The notes: generated from the sequence alone by a model not told the origin. A stretch of DNA of 64,000 nucleotides from Gammaproteobacteria bacterium (GCA_028293805.1 JAQGOC010000273.1:1093-65092), one strand, 5' to 3'. Positions 47,651 through 58,249 are shown, numbered from the stretch's first letter. Program-made: numbers and translations.

Positions 47651-48808
47651 CTATGTTGCGCGCACGCTGGCCGGAAACGTACCCAACGCAGCGAAGCGTT
47701 GCAAGTGGGTGTCGGTATCGCCCAACGTCATCTCAATGGCGGCCAGGCGCTTGAACCAGTGCCCCACCTGCAACTCATCTGTCATTCCCATACCGCCGTG
47801 CAGCTGCACCGCCTGTTGGCCAATAAAACGAGCCGCGCGGTTCGTAATCACCTTTGCAGCTGAGAGCGCCCGTTGTCGCTCGCGGTCGTCCGCGCCCATG
47901 CTGCGGACCGCCGCAAGGAAGCTCATCGACCGCGCTTGCTCCAGCTCGAGCAGCATGTCAGCGGCGCGATGGGCCAGGGCCTGAAAGCTGCCGATCGGTC
48001 GCCCGAACTGTTGCCTCGTCTTAAGATGCGCAACCGTGGCATCCACCAGTGCCTGCATGGCACCGACGGCCTCCGCGCACAACGCCGCCGTCCCGAAACC
48101 GAGGCTGCGCTCGATGACCGCAAGTGCACCACCGTCCATACCCACTCGCGCCGATGCTGGAACCTCAACCGACTCGAGCGCAATATCCGCCGCACTTCGA
48201 CCATCAAGCGTGCGACAGGAGCGCAACGAGAGTCCGGGCGCATCGCGTGGAACAACAAAGAGAGAAACGCCTTCTTGCGCGTCATCGGCACCCGCGATTC
48301 GCGCCGATACCAACAGAATGTCCGCGGCAGCATGCTCTACCAATGCCTTCTGCCCCTGGAGTACGTAGCCGCCGTTTGCCAGGGTCGCACGCGAGCGCAC
48401 CTGCCGTGCGTCGAAGCGCGACGTTGGCTCAAAATGGGCGAGCGTGGCCACTGCTTCCCCGCGCACCAGCCGCGGCAGCCAGGACGCTTGCAGGTGCGTC
48501 GACGCAGAGTCGCGCAGTACTGCGGTTGCAACCACGGCGCTCGCGGCATAGGGCTCGAGCAGCAGACAGCTGCCGAACAGATTCATTACGAGCAGGGTTT
48601 CGATCGGCCCATAGCCCAGACCGCCGTGCTCCTGCGGCACATTGATGCCGAGCACACCCAGATCGGCGAGGTCCTGCCACACCTGCGGGCTCCAACCCGC
48701 GGCGGTACGCTCGATGGCGCGCCTGCTTTCGAAGGCGTACTGCCTGCTGACATAACGCTGCACCGAATCCTGGAGGGCCCGCTGTTCGTCGCTGAGGGTG
48801 AAGTCCAT
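47651..48808 (-). CDS. acyl-CoA dehydrogenase family protein
   Basis: MDFTLSDEQRALQDSVQRYV...GVLGINVPQEHGGLG... shows the ACAD N, middle and C-terminal layout over 385 aa. Confidence 0.85.
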   Translation of the reverse strand: MDFTLSDEQRALQDSVQRYVSRQYAFESRRAIERTAAGWSPQVWQDLADLGVLGINVPQEHGGLGYGPIETLLVMNLFGSCLLLEPYAASAVVATAVLRDSASTHLQASWLPRLVRGEAVATLAHFEPTSRFDARQVRSRATLANGGYVLQGQKALVEHAAADILLVSARIAGADDAQEGVSLFVVPRDAPGLSLRSCRTLDGRSAADIALESVEVPASARVGMDGGALAVIERSLGFGTAALCAEAVGAMQALVDATVAHLKTRQQFGRPIGSFQALAHRAADMLLELEQARSMSFLAAVRSMGADDRERQRALSAAKVITNRAARFIGQQAVQLHGGMGMTDELQVGHWFKRLAAIEMTLGDTDTHLQRFAALGTFPASVRAT

Positions 48809-48822
48809 GACACCTGCTCCGT

Positions 48823-50019
48823 TTAAAATCCGAGCATCATCCGCGCGATGATGTTTCTTTGAATTTCGTTCGAGCCGCTGAAGATCGAGAGCTTGCGCTC
48901 GTTGCAGTATCTGGCGGCAAGTCCGGCGGCATGGGGCGGTCCGATCCCCTCCGCTGTAGCGCCGTGGCGCTCGCGTTCGGGAACGAAGGGCAAGCCGTAC
49001 GGACCCACGGCTTCGAGCAACAGCTCGGAGATCCGTTGTTGGATGACGCTGCCTTGTACCTTGAGAATGGAAACTTCCGGTCCCAGCGCCCGTTGCGCCC
49101 GAGCGGCGTCCAGCACGCGCAGATTAGTAATCTCGAGCGCCATCAGGTCAATCTCCACCTGCGCGACCTTTGCCGCAAACAAGGCGTCTTCCAGGAGCGG
49201 GCGCCCGTGCCTGCGTTCCGAGTACGCAACGCCCTTGAGGCGCTCGAGCTCGCGCTTCGCACGACCCACGCCGCCGAAGCTGCTTCGCTCATGAGCGAGC
49301 AGAAACTTTGCGTAGGTCCATCCCTGGTTCTCTGTGCCGATGAGGTTTCCGACGGGGACCCGAACGTTCTCGAACCAGACCTCGTTCACCTCGTGCGCGC
49401 CATCGAGCGTGATGATCGGCCGCACGCTCACTCCAGGCGTGCGCATATCGATCAGCAGGAATGAAATTCCTCGCTGTGCCTTGGCCTGCGGATCTGTCCG
49501 TACGAGGCAAAAGATCCAATCCGCGTATTGAGCCAGCGTCGTCCAGGTTTTCTGACCGTCGACGACGTAATGATCCCCCTCACGCACGGCGCGGGTCTTG
49601 AGAGACGCGAGATCGGAACCTGCCCCCGGTTCCGAATAGCCCTGACACCACCAATGCTCTCCGGAGAGGATGCGCGGCAGAAACAAACCCTGCTGCGCGG
49701 GCGTACCGAACTCCATGATCACCGGCCCGACCATTTTCGTCCCGAAGGGCAAGGGAAGCGGGGCGTCGCCCCGGGCCATCTCCTCCTCGAAAATATGCAG
49801 CTGTACCGGAGACCAGTCGCAGCCGCCGAACTTCGCCGGCCAGCCCGGCGCCACCCAGCCGCGCTCCTGAAGCGTGCGATGCCAGGACAAATAGTCATCC
49901 CGCGTCGGGCTCAGGCCGCGCGAGGCTCGGGCGCGGACGGCCGGCGGCAAGCGAGCCTGCACGAAGCCGCGCACGTCCTCGCGGAACCGGTCCTCCGCTG
50001 CGCTGAAATCAAGATCCAT
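48823..50019 (-). CDS. acyl-CoA dehydrogenase family protein
   Basis: [21 protein letters not shown]...DGQKTWTT...FSGSNEIQRNIIA is an ACAD fold over 398 aa. The gene sits directly upstream of the second ACAD gene (14-nt gap). Confidence 0.85.
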   Translation of the reverse strand: MDLDFSAAEDRFREDVRGFVQARLPPAVRARASRGLSPTRDDYLSWHRTLQERGWVAPGWPAKFGGCDWSPVQLHIFEEEMARGDAPLPLPFGTKMVGPVIMEFGTPAQQGLFLPRILSGEHWWCQGYSEPGAGSDLASLKTRAVREGDHYVVDGQKTWTTLAQYADWIFCLVRTDPQAKAQRGISFLLIDMRTPGVSVRPIITLDGAHEVNEVWFENVRVPVGNLIGTENQGWTYAKFLLAHERSSFGGVGRAKRELERLKGVAYSERRHGRPLLEDALFAAKVAQVEIDLMALEITNLRVLDAARAQRALGPEVSILKVQGSVIQQRISELLLEAVGPYGLPFVPERERHGATAEGIGPPHAAGLAARYCNERKLSIFSGSNEIQRNIIARMMLGF

Positions 50020-50229
50020 GGCCCGGCACCTCTTGCCTGCAGTCCAGGCTAGTATTTCACAACTGTCGCAGGCGAATCATCTACCCTGCCCAGGCCACGA
50101 GCTACTCTGCAATGGACCTACGCAGCTTGCATCGGTTTCAAACGATAAGCTACGCTGCCTTCGCGGGTGTTTGTTCTGCACTGCGGAACAATAGCCCCCC
50201 GCTTCAAGCCAACCACCCGGACGGTCGCC

Positions 50230-52353
50230 ATGAATTCTCCTTCGCTACACCCGGTCGGCGATGTAGCCGTCATCCAGCTCGACAATGCACCGGTCAACGC
50301 TCTGTCGCACGCCACGCGGCAACGAGTTGCCAGCGAGTTGGCACGAGCGGAAGCGGATCCCGCCATCGCCGCCGTCCTCCTGATCGGCAGTGAGGAGTTC
50401 TTCTCCGGCGGCGCCGACGTCAAGGAATTCAACACACCTGCGATGCTCGCAGAGCCGCATCTGGCCACGTTGGTGCGTGCCTTCGAGCGCTGTCCGAAAC
50501 CGACGATCGCCGTGATCTCCGGTACTGCCCTGGGCGGCGGCTTCGAGCTGGCGCTGGCTTGCCACTTTCGCGTGGGCGCTCCTGATGCGCGCGTCGGGCT
50601 GCCGGAGGTGAAAATCGGGCTCATCCCCGGCTCCGGGGGAACGCAGCGCCTGCCGCGCCTCGTGGGACTCGAAACGGCCGTCAACATGATCGTGAGCGGC
50701 GAGCCTATGCGCTGCGCCGATCTGGCCAATACCGCGCTGTTCACCCGGATCATCGAAGGCAACCTCCTCGAGGGTGCGAAGGCTGTGGCACGCGAGGTGG
50801 TTGCCAACCGCATGCCACCACAACTTGCCCGCGATCGGCCGCTGGCCTACCCGCATCACGAGGCATTTCTCGGCTTTGCGCGCCCCATGGTGCGCGCAAA
50901 GGCCGGGGCCTACCCCGCTCCGATCGCATGCATCGATGCTATCGAGGCTGGCATCACCGCCGCGACTTTCGATGATGGCCTGCGCAAGGAACAGGAGATT
51001 TTCTTCGGCCTTCTGCAAGGCTCGCAGTCACGTGCCATGCGCCACGTGTTCTTTGCAGAGCGCGCGGCGGCAAAAATCCCTGACGTGCCGGCGAAGAATC
51101 CCACCCGGCCGATCGCATCTGTCGGCGTCATTGGCGCGGGCACCATGGGTGGCGGCATCGCCATGACTTTTCTGAATGCGGGACTGCCGGTCATTTTGTT
51201 GGAGGTCGCTCAGGAAGCCCTCGACAAAGGGATTGCAACGATCCGGCGCAACTATGAAAGCTCCGTCAGAAAGAAGAAGCTTTCCCAGGCGGACCTGGAC
51301 CAGCGCATGGCCCTGCTGCGCCCAACGGTATCGTATGACGATCTGCGGGGCGCCGACATCGTCATCGAGGCGGTGTTTGAAGATCTCGCGGTAAAGGAAG
51401 CGGTATTGCGCAAGCTGGATTCCGTGGCCAAGCCCGGCGCGATACTCGCCACCAATACCTCCACGCTCGATGTGGACCGGATCGCGGCGTACACCCGCCG
51501 ACCTGCCGATGTGATCGGCCTGCACTTCTTCAGCCCGGCCAACGTCATGCGCCTGTTGGAAGTCGTGCGCGGGAAAGCTACCGCGAAGGACGTGCTCGCC
51601 ACGGCGATGCAGCTCGCGAAGAAGATCCGCAAGCTCGCCGTCGTCTCGGGAGTGTGCGACGGATTTATCGGCAACCGCATGTTGCATCGGTATTCGGCCC
51701 AGGCGGGGTATCTGCTCGAAGAGGGCTGCCTGCCCGCGCAGGTGGATGGCGTGGTGGAGAGGTTCGGGTTTGCGATGGGCCCTTTTCGCATGGGCGACCT
51801 GGCAGGCAACGACATCGGCTGGGCCATCCGCAAGCGGCGCGCCGCCGAGGGACACCCGTCCACTGATGGAAGAATTGCCGATCAGTTGTGCGAGATGGGC
51901 CGATTCGGGCAGAAAACCGGCGCCGGCTGGTACGACTACCGTGCCGGCGAGCGCACGCCGTATTCAAATCCCGAAGTCGACGCAATGATCGTGCGTCACA
52001 GCGCCGGCCTGGGCATTGCTCGCCGCAAAATCGACGACCGCGAAATCGTCGAGCGGCTCGTGTATGCGCTCGTCAACGAGGGAGCTTGCATCCTCGAGGA
52101 AGGCATCGCCCAGCGCGCCTCCGACATCGATCTCGTCTATTTGAACGGCTATGGGTTTCCCGTCCTGCGCGGCGGCCCGATGTTTTATGCGGACACCGTC
52201 GGCCTCATGGAGGTGGTGAACGCCATGCGCCGCTACGCCCGCGGCGCACATCCGCAACCTTGGACGCCCGCGCCTCTCATTGCGAAACTGGCAGCCGCAG
52301 GCTCGTCGTTCGCCGCCTTTGACTCCCAAAAATCTGCGGACGCCATTTCATGA
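50230..52353 (+). CDS. bifunctional enoyl-CoA hydratase / 3-hydroxyacyl-CoA dehydrogenase (FadB/FadN-like)
   Basis: Internal ATG. The N-terminal crotonase fold ([15 protein letters not shown]...[10 protein letters not shown]...[15 protein letters not shown]) is followed by the NAD-binding [14 protein letters not shown]. Confidence 0.85.
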   Translation: MNSPSLHPVGDVAVIQLDNAPVNALSHATRQRVASELARAEADPAIAAVLLIGSEEFFSGGADVKEFNTPAMLAEPHLATLVRAFERCPKPTIAVISGTALGGGFELALACHFRVGAPDARVGLPEVKIGLIPGSGGTQRLPRLVGLETAVNMIVSGEPMRCADLANTALFTRIIEGNLLEGAKAVAREVVANRMPPQLARDRPLAYPHHEAFLGFARPMVRAKAGAYPAPIACIDAIEAGITAATFDDGLRKEQEIFFGLLQGSQSRAMRHVFFAERAAAKIPDVPAKNPTRPIASVGVIGAGTMGGGIAMTFLNAGLPVILLEVAQEALDKGIATIRRNYESSVRKKKLSQADLDQRMALLRPTVSYDDLRGADIVIEAVFEDLAVKEAVLRKLDSVAKPGAILATNTSTLDVDRIAAYTRRPADVIGLHFFSPANVMRLLEVVRGKATAKDVLATAMQLAKKIRKLAVVSGVCDGFIGNRMLHRYSAQAGYLLEEGCLPAQVDGVVERFGFAMGPFRMGDLAGNDIGWAIRKRRAAEGHPSTDGRIADQLCEMGRFGQKTGAGWYDYRAGERTPYSNPEVDAMIVRHSAGLGIARRKIDDREIVERLVYALVNEGACILEEGIAQRASDIDLVYLNGYGFPVLRGGPMFYADTVGLMEVVNAMRRYARGAHPQPWTPAPLIAKLAAAGSSFAAFDSQKSADAIS

Positions 52354-53528
52354 ACGACGCTGTCATCGTCTCCACGGCTCGCACCGGCTTCGCAAAGTCC
52401 TGGCGGGGTGCATTCAATATGACTTACGGCGCCACGATGGGTGGCCATGTGGTACGGCAGGCGGTGGCGCGCGCCGGAATCGATCCGGCGGAAGTCGAAG
52501 ACGTAATGATGGGGTGCGCGCTGGGTGAGGGGGCGACGGGAGGCAACATAGCGCGGCAGATCGCCCTGCGTGCCGGTCTTCCCGTCTCGACCGCCGGCGT
52601 CACAGTGAATCGCTTCTGTTCCTCCGGATTGCAGACAATTGCCATGGCGGCCCAAAGGATCATGACCGAGAAGGTCCCTGTAATCGTCGCCGGTGGCCTC
52701 GAGTCCATCTCCTGCGTGCAGAACGAGGCCAACCCTCACATGCGTCAGGATCCCTGGCTCGTCGAGCACAAGCCGGAAGTCTATTGGTCCATGCTCGCAA
52801 CCGCCGAGAAGGTTGCGAAGCATTACGGCATCTCCCGCGAGCGGCAGGATGAATATGGAGCGCGCAGCCAGAAGCGCGCAGCGGAGGCGCGCGCGGCGGG
52901 TAAATTCTCCGATGAAATTGCCCCCATGAAGGTCACGATGGGCGTTGCGGACGAGAAAAGCGGTCTGCTGGGCACACGTGAAATCACAGTGAGCGGCGAC
53001 GAAGGCATCCGCCCCGATACGACGCTCGAAGGGGTGTCAAAAATCCGCACCGTCTTGCCGGGGGGAGTGATCACCGCGGGTAACGCCAGTCAGTTCTCCG
53101 ACGGGGCGAGCGCCTGTGTCGTGATGGACGCGAGGCTTGCGGAACGGCGCGGAATCGAGCCACTCGGGATTTTTCGCGGCTTCGCCGTTGCCGGCTGCGA
53201 ACCGGATGAAATGGGAATCGGTCCCGTGTTCGCCGTGCCCCGGCTGCTCGAGCGTACGGGCGTGAAGCTCGAGGATGTTGGTCTATGGGAGCTCAACGAA
53301 GCCTTCGCCGTGCAAGTTCTCTACTGCCGCGACCGTCTCGGGATCCCGGATGAGCGTTTGAATGTCAACGGCGGCGCCATTGCCGTGGGGCATCCGTACG
53401 GAGCGTCCGGCGCACGACTCATGGGACATGCTCTGATCGAAGGGCGCCGCCGAAAAGTAAAATACGTCGTGGTGACGATGTGCATCGGGGGCGGCCAGGG
53501 AGCCGCGGGCCTGTTCGAGGTGTGCTGA
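52350..53528 (+). CDS. acetyl-CoA C-acyltransferase (thiolase)
   Basis: The ATG overlaps the upstream stop. [12 protein letters not shown] (active-site Cys), [22 protein letters not shown] and MCIGGGQG are thiolase signatures. Confidence 0.9.
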   Translation: MNDAVIVSTARTGFAKSWRGAFNMTYGATMGGHVVRQAVARAGIDPAEVEDVMMGCALGEGATGGNIARQIALRAGLPVSTAGVTVNRFCSSGLQTIAMAAQRIMTEKVPVIVAGGLESISCVQNEANPHMRQDPWLVEHKPEVYWSMLATAEKVAKHYGISRERQDEYGARSQKRAAEARAAGKFSDEIAPMKVTMGVADEKSGLLGTREITVSGDEGIRPDTTLEGVSKIRTVLPGGVITAGNASQFSDGASACVVMDARLAERRGIEPLGIFRGFAVAGCEPDEMGIGPVFAVPRLLERTGVKLEDVGLWELNEAFAVQVLYCRDRLGIPDERLNVNGGAIAVGHPYGASGARLMGHALIEGRRRKVKYVVVTMCIGGGQGAAGLFEVC

Positions 53529-53617
53529 GAGCGCCGCTCAACCCATTGCGAAAGGGCGCAAACGCACGTCTAATTGCCAACCTTGCGCGGAACTGAACCC
53601 CGCGAGGAGCTTGAAGA

Positions 53618-55057
53618 ATGAAAAAGGCCCTTTCCGTCGCCATCGCCACGGCCTTGCTGACGAGCGTTTCGGTGGCTCACGCCGCGACCGCACCCACGTC
53701 TTCGTCCGCCACCGAGCCGCGCTTCCGCGAGCTCTATAAGGAGCTGGTCGAGACGAATACGACGCTTTCCGCTGGCAGCTGCACGCTGGCTGCCGAGCGA
53801 ATGGCGACTCGCTTGAAAGCAGCCGGGTTCCCCGACGAGGCCTTCCACCCATTCGCAGTGCCGGATCACCCGAAGGAAGGCGGCCTGGTCGTCATCTATC
53901 CCGGCCGGGATCCAAAGCTCAAGGCAATTCTGTTGCTCGCGCATATCGATGTGGTCGAGGCGAAGCGCGAGGACTGGGTGCGCGATCCGTTCAAGCTGGT
54001 GGAGGAAAACGGCAATTTCTACGCACGCGGCTCGAGTGATGACAAGGCCGAGGCCGCCATCTGGGTCGATACTTTCATCCGTTATCGTGAAGAGAAATTC
54101 CAACCACGCCGGACGCTCAAGCTGGCCCTTACCTGCGGCGAGGAGACGAGTGGCGCATTCAATGGCGCCCAGTGGCTGTCCGAACACCAGCGAGATCTCA
54201 TCGACGCCGCTTTTGCCCTCAACGAAGGGGCTGCGGGCGAGCTGGATGAGCAGGGTCACCGCGTTGCCATGGAGATCCAGGCCGGCGAGAAGTTGTCGCA
54301 GAACTTCCGGCTGGAAGTCACGAATCCGGGCGGACACAGCTCCCGACCTATGAAGGACAACGCCATCTATCACCTCGCGGGCGCCCTGAAGAAAATCGAG
54401 GCGTACGAGTTTCCTGCGCAGTTCACGGACGGAAATCGCGCCTTCTTTACGGGTATGGCGCGGATACAGGCGGGCAAAGGCAACTCCGAAGTTGCCGATG
54501 CAATGAACGCGTTGGTGCGCAATCCAAACGATGCGGCTGCCATAACGCTCGTTTCGAGCAAGGATCCGACCTGGAACGCGACGCTGCGAACGACCTGCGT
54601 CGCGACGATGCTCGATGCAGGTCATGCAACGAACGCCCTCCCGCAGCGCGCCCGGGCGAATATCAACTGCCGCATCTTCCCTGGTGTGGAGCAGGAAGCC
54701 GTGCGGCACAAGCTCGAGGAGCTCGTCGCCGACCCGGCAGTGAAAGTGACGACCCTCGAGACTCGCGGCCCGAGCTCCCCGCCACCACCGTTGACGAAAG
54801 AAGTGATGGGACCGTTCGAGAAGCTCGCAGCCCAGTTCTGGCCCGGCATTCCGGTGCTTCCCATCCTGCAGCCAGGCGCGACGGACGGCGAATTCCTCAA
54901 TGCCGCCGGTATTCCGACCTATGGCATCGAGCCGGTCTTCGTCGGCCCCGACCTCGGCCACATTCACGGCCTGAACGAGTACGTCGGAGTGAAGTCGCTT
55001 CTCGAAGGACGCGATTTCCTATATCGGCTGGTGAAGATCTACGCGGACCAGAAGTAA
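53618..55057 (+). CDS. secreted M20/M28-type metallopeptidase
   Basis: Signal peptide, then LLLAHIDVVEA...RGSSDDKAEAA...CGEETSG, the metal-ligand motifs of the M20 family. Confidence 0.8.
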   Translation: MKKALSVAIATALLTSVSVAHAATAPTSSSATEPRFRELYKELVETNTTLSAGSCTLAAERMATRLKAAGFPDEAFHPFAVPDHPKEGGLVVIYPGRDPKLKAILLLAHIDVVEAKREDWVRDPFKLVEENGNFYARGSSDDKAEAAIWVDTFIRYREEKFQPRRTLKLALTCGEETSGAFNGAQWLSEHQRDLIDAAFALNEGAAGELDEQGHRVAMEIQAGEKLSQNFRLEVTNPGGHSSRPMKDNAIYHLAGALKKIEAYEFPAQFTDGNRAFFTGMARIQAGKGNSEVADAMNALVRNPNDAAAITLVSSKDPTWNATLRTTCVATMLDAGHATNALPQRARANINCRIFPGVEQEAVRHKLEELVADPAVKVTTLETRGPSSPPPPLTKEVMGPFEKLAAQFWPGIPVLPILQPGATDGEFLNAAGIPTYGIEPVFVGPDLGHIHGLNEYVGVKSLLEGRDFLYRLVKIYADQK

Positions 55058-55074
55058 CGCCAACGGTACCCGGC

Positions 55075-55110
55075 GGACTCCGCGCGAACAGGCGCGGAGT
55101 CCCTTGTTGT
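55075..55110 (+). terminator. rho-independent terminator after the peptidase gene
   Basis: 11-bp stem GGACTCCGCGC / GCGCGGAGTCC (55075-85 / 55092-102), loop GAACAG, followed by CTTGTTGT. Confidence 0.65.
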
Positions 55111-55419
55111 GAGCCAATGGGCGTGAGGGCTATCGCGTCCCCGAGTCGATGGGCATCAGGGTTGCCGTCTAGCGGCCGGGTCCTGGACTTCTGCCCTGCG
55201 TGCGACGCTGCGGCAGGAGCACGAGTGCCAACAGAACCACGGCGCAAGCTCGCATGAGTGGCTGCCTCATCTGACTGTCCGCACAGTGTCTGTGATTGCG
55301 GTCATCAACTTTGCGACAAAACTGTGGTATCCAGAAGGATCAGCGCGCGCCGCGTCCGCAGCGGGCACGCAGTCTTCATTCATATCCGAACCAGCGCACG
55401 GAGCAAAGTGTCCATACCT

Positions 55420-56502
55420 ATGCGGATCCTCGTTGCAGATCGGGATGCTGCGCTGCTGGCGGCGATTGCCAGCACGTTCGGGGAGCATCTCGAGATCGCG
55501 ACGGGCACCGGCCGGGACGAATGCATCGAGCTGCTCGAGCAGCGGCAGTTCGCTCTCGTCGTGGCCTGCGACGAGCTGACAGATTACAGCGGTCTGGAAT
55601 TGCTGAGCGAGGTCGCCACCCTCTCACCGGCTACCTTGCGGCTGTTCGCAGCCCGCCCAGCGCGACTCGAACAGCTCCAGAGCCGACTCGACTTGTCCGG
55701 CCTGTTTGGCACTATGGCTTATCCCATCGACGCGCGGAGGCTGCTGCCTGCTCTGTCGCTCGCTCGTAGCCGCCTGCAAACCCAGGCGCTTAGATCCGCC
55801 GAACCGCAACTGGCAGCGTATCGAGGCACGCAGAAGCGCCCCCCCACCCGGACCGCCACAGTCCCGACCGAGTCGCAGCGGGCGGCGTTTCAACGGGCGC
55901 AAGCTCGACGAAACGCGGCTAGAGTGCCAGGGACCGGGAAGGACCGCGCACTTGAGTCGCCCACCGCGAGCGCCGCGCAACCGAGGCCCCTGAAACAGGC
56001 CTCATCGTCATTATCGTCAGTGGGGTCGCTGGCCGAGCTCGCCCGGATGGCGATGGCCCCTGGCTCCATGCGCAATCCTGGCGCGGCCTCCGCCCGTGGC
56101 CCGAGGCGCACGGTATTCTTCGTGGGGACGGGGCTCGTCGCGGCGCTCGCCCTCACGGCGATGAGCTTCCACTGGCTCAGGGCTGGCGATTCCGTCGCCC
56201 AGGGTCCGACAGTGGCGGCAGAGCGTCCGCTCTTTGGGCGGTCGGGCCCCGCTCCCCTTTTCGCAGAACAAGGCGTGCCCGGCTCGCAGCTCAGCGCCCA
56301 GCAGTCTCAGCAGATCTCGGCAGTCGAGGAGCCGGCCGGCCCGGACCCCAACCCACCCGAGTCGGAAGCCTTCGATCCCGCGACCGCTTCTGTGGAACCC
56401 CCGTCGCCGGGCCTCGAACTGCCCGACCTGACGGAACCGACCTCATCGATGATGCGGCCCCCATCCATGATGCCGTCGTATTCGTCGACGGAATCGGAGT
56501 AG
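55420..56502 (+). CDS. membrane-anchored receiver-like (pseudo-receiver) protein with Pro/Ser/Ala-rich tail
   Basis: Internal ATG of ORF 55258..56502. MRILVADRDAALLAAI...FALVVACDELTDYSGLELL is receiver-like. A single TM segment TVFFVGTGLVAALALTAMSF is followed by a low-complexity C-terminus. Confidence 0.55.
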   Translation: MRILVADRDAALLAAIASTFGEHLEIATGTGRDECIELLEQRQFALVVACDELTDYSGLELLSEVATLSPATLRLFAARPARLEQLQSRLDLSGLFGTMAYPIDARRLLPALSLARSRLQTQALRSAEPQLAAYRGTQKRPPTRTATVPTESQRAAFQRAQARRNAARVPGTGKDRALESPTASAAQPRPLKQASSSLSSVGSLAELARMAMAPGSMRNPGAASARGPRRTVFFVGTGLVAALALTAMSFHWLRAGDSVAQGPTVAAERPLFGRSGPAPLFAEQGVPGSQLSAQQSQQISAVEEPAGPDPNPPESEAFDPATASVEPPSPGLELPDLTEPTSSMMRPPSMMPSYSSTESE

Positions 56503-56557
56503 GTCGGACGGCGCCAAGCAGTCGCTTTCGACTCTTGGCGCTAGCGCTAGCGCAGGC

Positions 56558-57322
56558 TCAAGAGCGGCGGGTCTTGCTCAGCAGGCGCAGGATTTCCATA
56601 TACAGCCAGACCAGTGTGACCAGTAGGCCAAACGCCGCGTACCACTCCATGTAGCGGGGTGCGCCCTGTGCCACGCCCGACTCGATCAAATCGAAATCGA
56701 GGATGAGGTTCAGCGCGGCGACGCCCACGATCACGAGCGAAAGGATGATGCCCAGCGGGCTCGCGTCGTTCAGCACGGGCACGTTGACGTGGAAGAGGCC
56801 CAGGACCATTGAAACCAGGTAAACCAGGGCAATCGCACCGGTCGCGCCAATGACGACCGCCCGGAAACGCTCCGTCGCGCGGATCCAATGCATCTGGTAC
56901 GCGAAAAGCATGACCGCCAGTACACCGAAGGTAAGGCCGACCGCCTGAATCGCGATTCCGGGATACCGCCGCTCGAGCAGCGCTGAAATACCACCAATCG
57001 CCAGGCCTTCGAGCGCGGCGTAGGGCAGTGCCAAATAAGGGGCCAGGGTCGCCTTGAAGCTGATCACGAGGGCGAGAGCGAAACCTCCGAGCGCGCCCAC
57101 CAGCACCGACGTCGAGACCACGGAAGCATCGCCGGTCGCCAGGTACTCTGACCAGGGCCAGAACGCCCCAGCCAGCAATACGACGAGGAGCAGAAACGAC
57201 TTATTGATCGAGCCCTGCAGCGTCATCCGCTCGCTGCCCAGGGCGGGCCGCGGCTGACTCGCAAAAATCCTTTCATTCAGGCCTGGATTGCCGGATCGCG
57301 TCACTCGGGGGGCCATCGACAT
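56558..57322 (-). CDS. Bax inhibitor-1/YccA family membrane protein
   Basis: Internal ATG. The N-terminal RSGNPGLNERIF followed by seven hydrophobic helices is typical of the BaxI_1 family. Confidence 0.75.
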   Translation of the reverse strand: MSMAPRVTRSGNPGLNERIFASQPRPALGSERMTLQGSINKSFLLLVVLLAGAFWPWSEYLATGDASVVSTSVLVGALGGFALALVISFKATLAPYLALPYAALEGLAIGGISALLERRYPGIAIQAVGLTFGVLAVMLFAYQMHWIRATERFRAVVIGATGAIALVYLVSMVLGLFHVNVPVLNDASPLGIILSLVIVGVAALNLILDFDLIESGVAQGAPRYMEWYAAFGLLVTLVWLYMEILRLLSKTRRS

Positions 57323-57413
57323 CTCCTCACAGTCTTCCAAGCTCGAGTCTCGCCAGCCTTCCGGGCTGACGATCACTCTTGCGGGTGCGGGTATTATAGT
57401 CGACACCGGGCTC

Positions 57414-57715
57414 TCATAGGGGCCTACCGGACGCCCCCATCAGCGCACGCTCCAGCATCGCAAAATCGACGGGCTTCGTGAGATGCTGGTCGAAGCCGAC
57501 TTCCTGGGCCCTGCGCACGTCCTCCGATTGGCCATAACCCGGCCAGAAAAGCGTGGAAGGCTGCGCTTGCGGCCGGCGTGCTTGCATCGTTCTCACGCCG
57601 TCTTCGACGTCCGGATTGCAAAGGAGGCCCGCGAGCGGCGCTTTTCTCTTCCAGGGTCAGCAGGTCGCGGTCCTCGACAAGGCCGCGGCCCGGAGCCGCT
57701 GTCAGGAGTCGGTAG
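57414..57715 (-). pseudogene. relic of a response-regulator receiver domain (frameshifted and truncated)
   Basis: The 60-aa ORF ends with GYGQSEDVRRAQEVGFDQHLTKPVDFAMLERAL, the receiver alpha4-beta5-alpha5 region. Upstream, other frames read ARGIELM and AYRLLTAAPGRG, which resemble the preceding receiver segments. The N-terminal half is absent. Confidence 0.5.
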
Positions 57716-57744
57716 GCGCCATCAGCTCAATCCCGCGCGGGCCA

Positions 57745-58152
57745 TCAAACCCCGCCCGCAGCCGTGTCGCGTTGTTTCTTACTGACAGTGACGTGGATGG
57801 CCTTGCCGTCTTCGGTTTTCGGCTGGACCGGTTCCTTGAACGCCAACGGGCCCGTGATCAGCAGACACAGGCCGGCCGTATCCCCCTCGATCACACCCCA
57901 GCGCACGCCGCTGCATTTATCCTCCTTGAGGCAGGTGTCCCAGCAATACTGCTGGTTCGGCAGCCCAAGCTTTTTATAGACGGTCCCGGTGAGATCCTTA
58001 CCCGTCACCACGACCATCCGGGGAGGCTTTTCTTGCGGGGGCGCCGCCTTTGGAGCGCCGTACGAGCTCAGCAGCAACACCGCGATGGCGAGGAACCGCA
58101 CGCTCAGCTTTGCCAGTTCGCCGGCACGCCGGCACCGGGCGGTGGGGGCCAT
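57745..58152 (-). CDS. secreted PAN/Apple-like domain protein
   Basis: Internal ATG of ORF 57745..58224. Signal peptide LAIAVLLLSSYGA. GKDLTGTVYKKLGLPNQQYCWDTCLKEDKCSGVRWGVIEGDTAGLCLL shows the four-Cys PAN_4-like pattern. Confidence 0.55.
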   Translation of the reverse strand: MAPTARCRRAGELAKLSVRFLAIAVLLLSSYGAPKAAPPQEKPPRMVVVTGKDLTGTVYKKLGLPNQQYCWDTCLKEDKCSGVRWGVIEGDTAGLCLLITGPLAFKEPVQPKTEDGKAIHVTVSKKQRDTAAGGV

Positions 58153-58249
58153 TTTCTGTCTCCGCGTGACGTGTCGGCTCAGAATACCCATAGATGCCCC
58201 GGTAGGGAACAACATCTGGGGCACCGTCAGCTGCGGCGCAGCTCTTCCC

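Noticed and set aside
53570-54967. 465-aa minus-strand ORF
   Set aside because: It runs antisense to the M20 peptidase gene and is a shadow ORF.
55170-55271. 33-codon minus-strand ORF with a signal-like peptide (MRQPLMRACAVVLLALVLLPQ...)
   Set aside because: There is no Shine-Dalgarno sequence, a very short mature part and no other support. It is probably a chance ORF.
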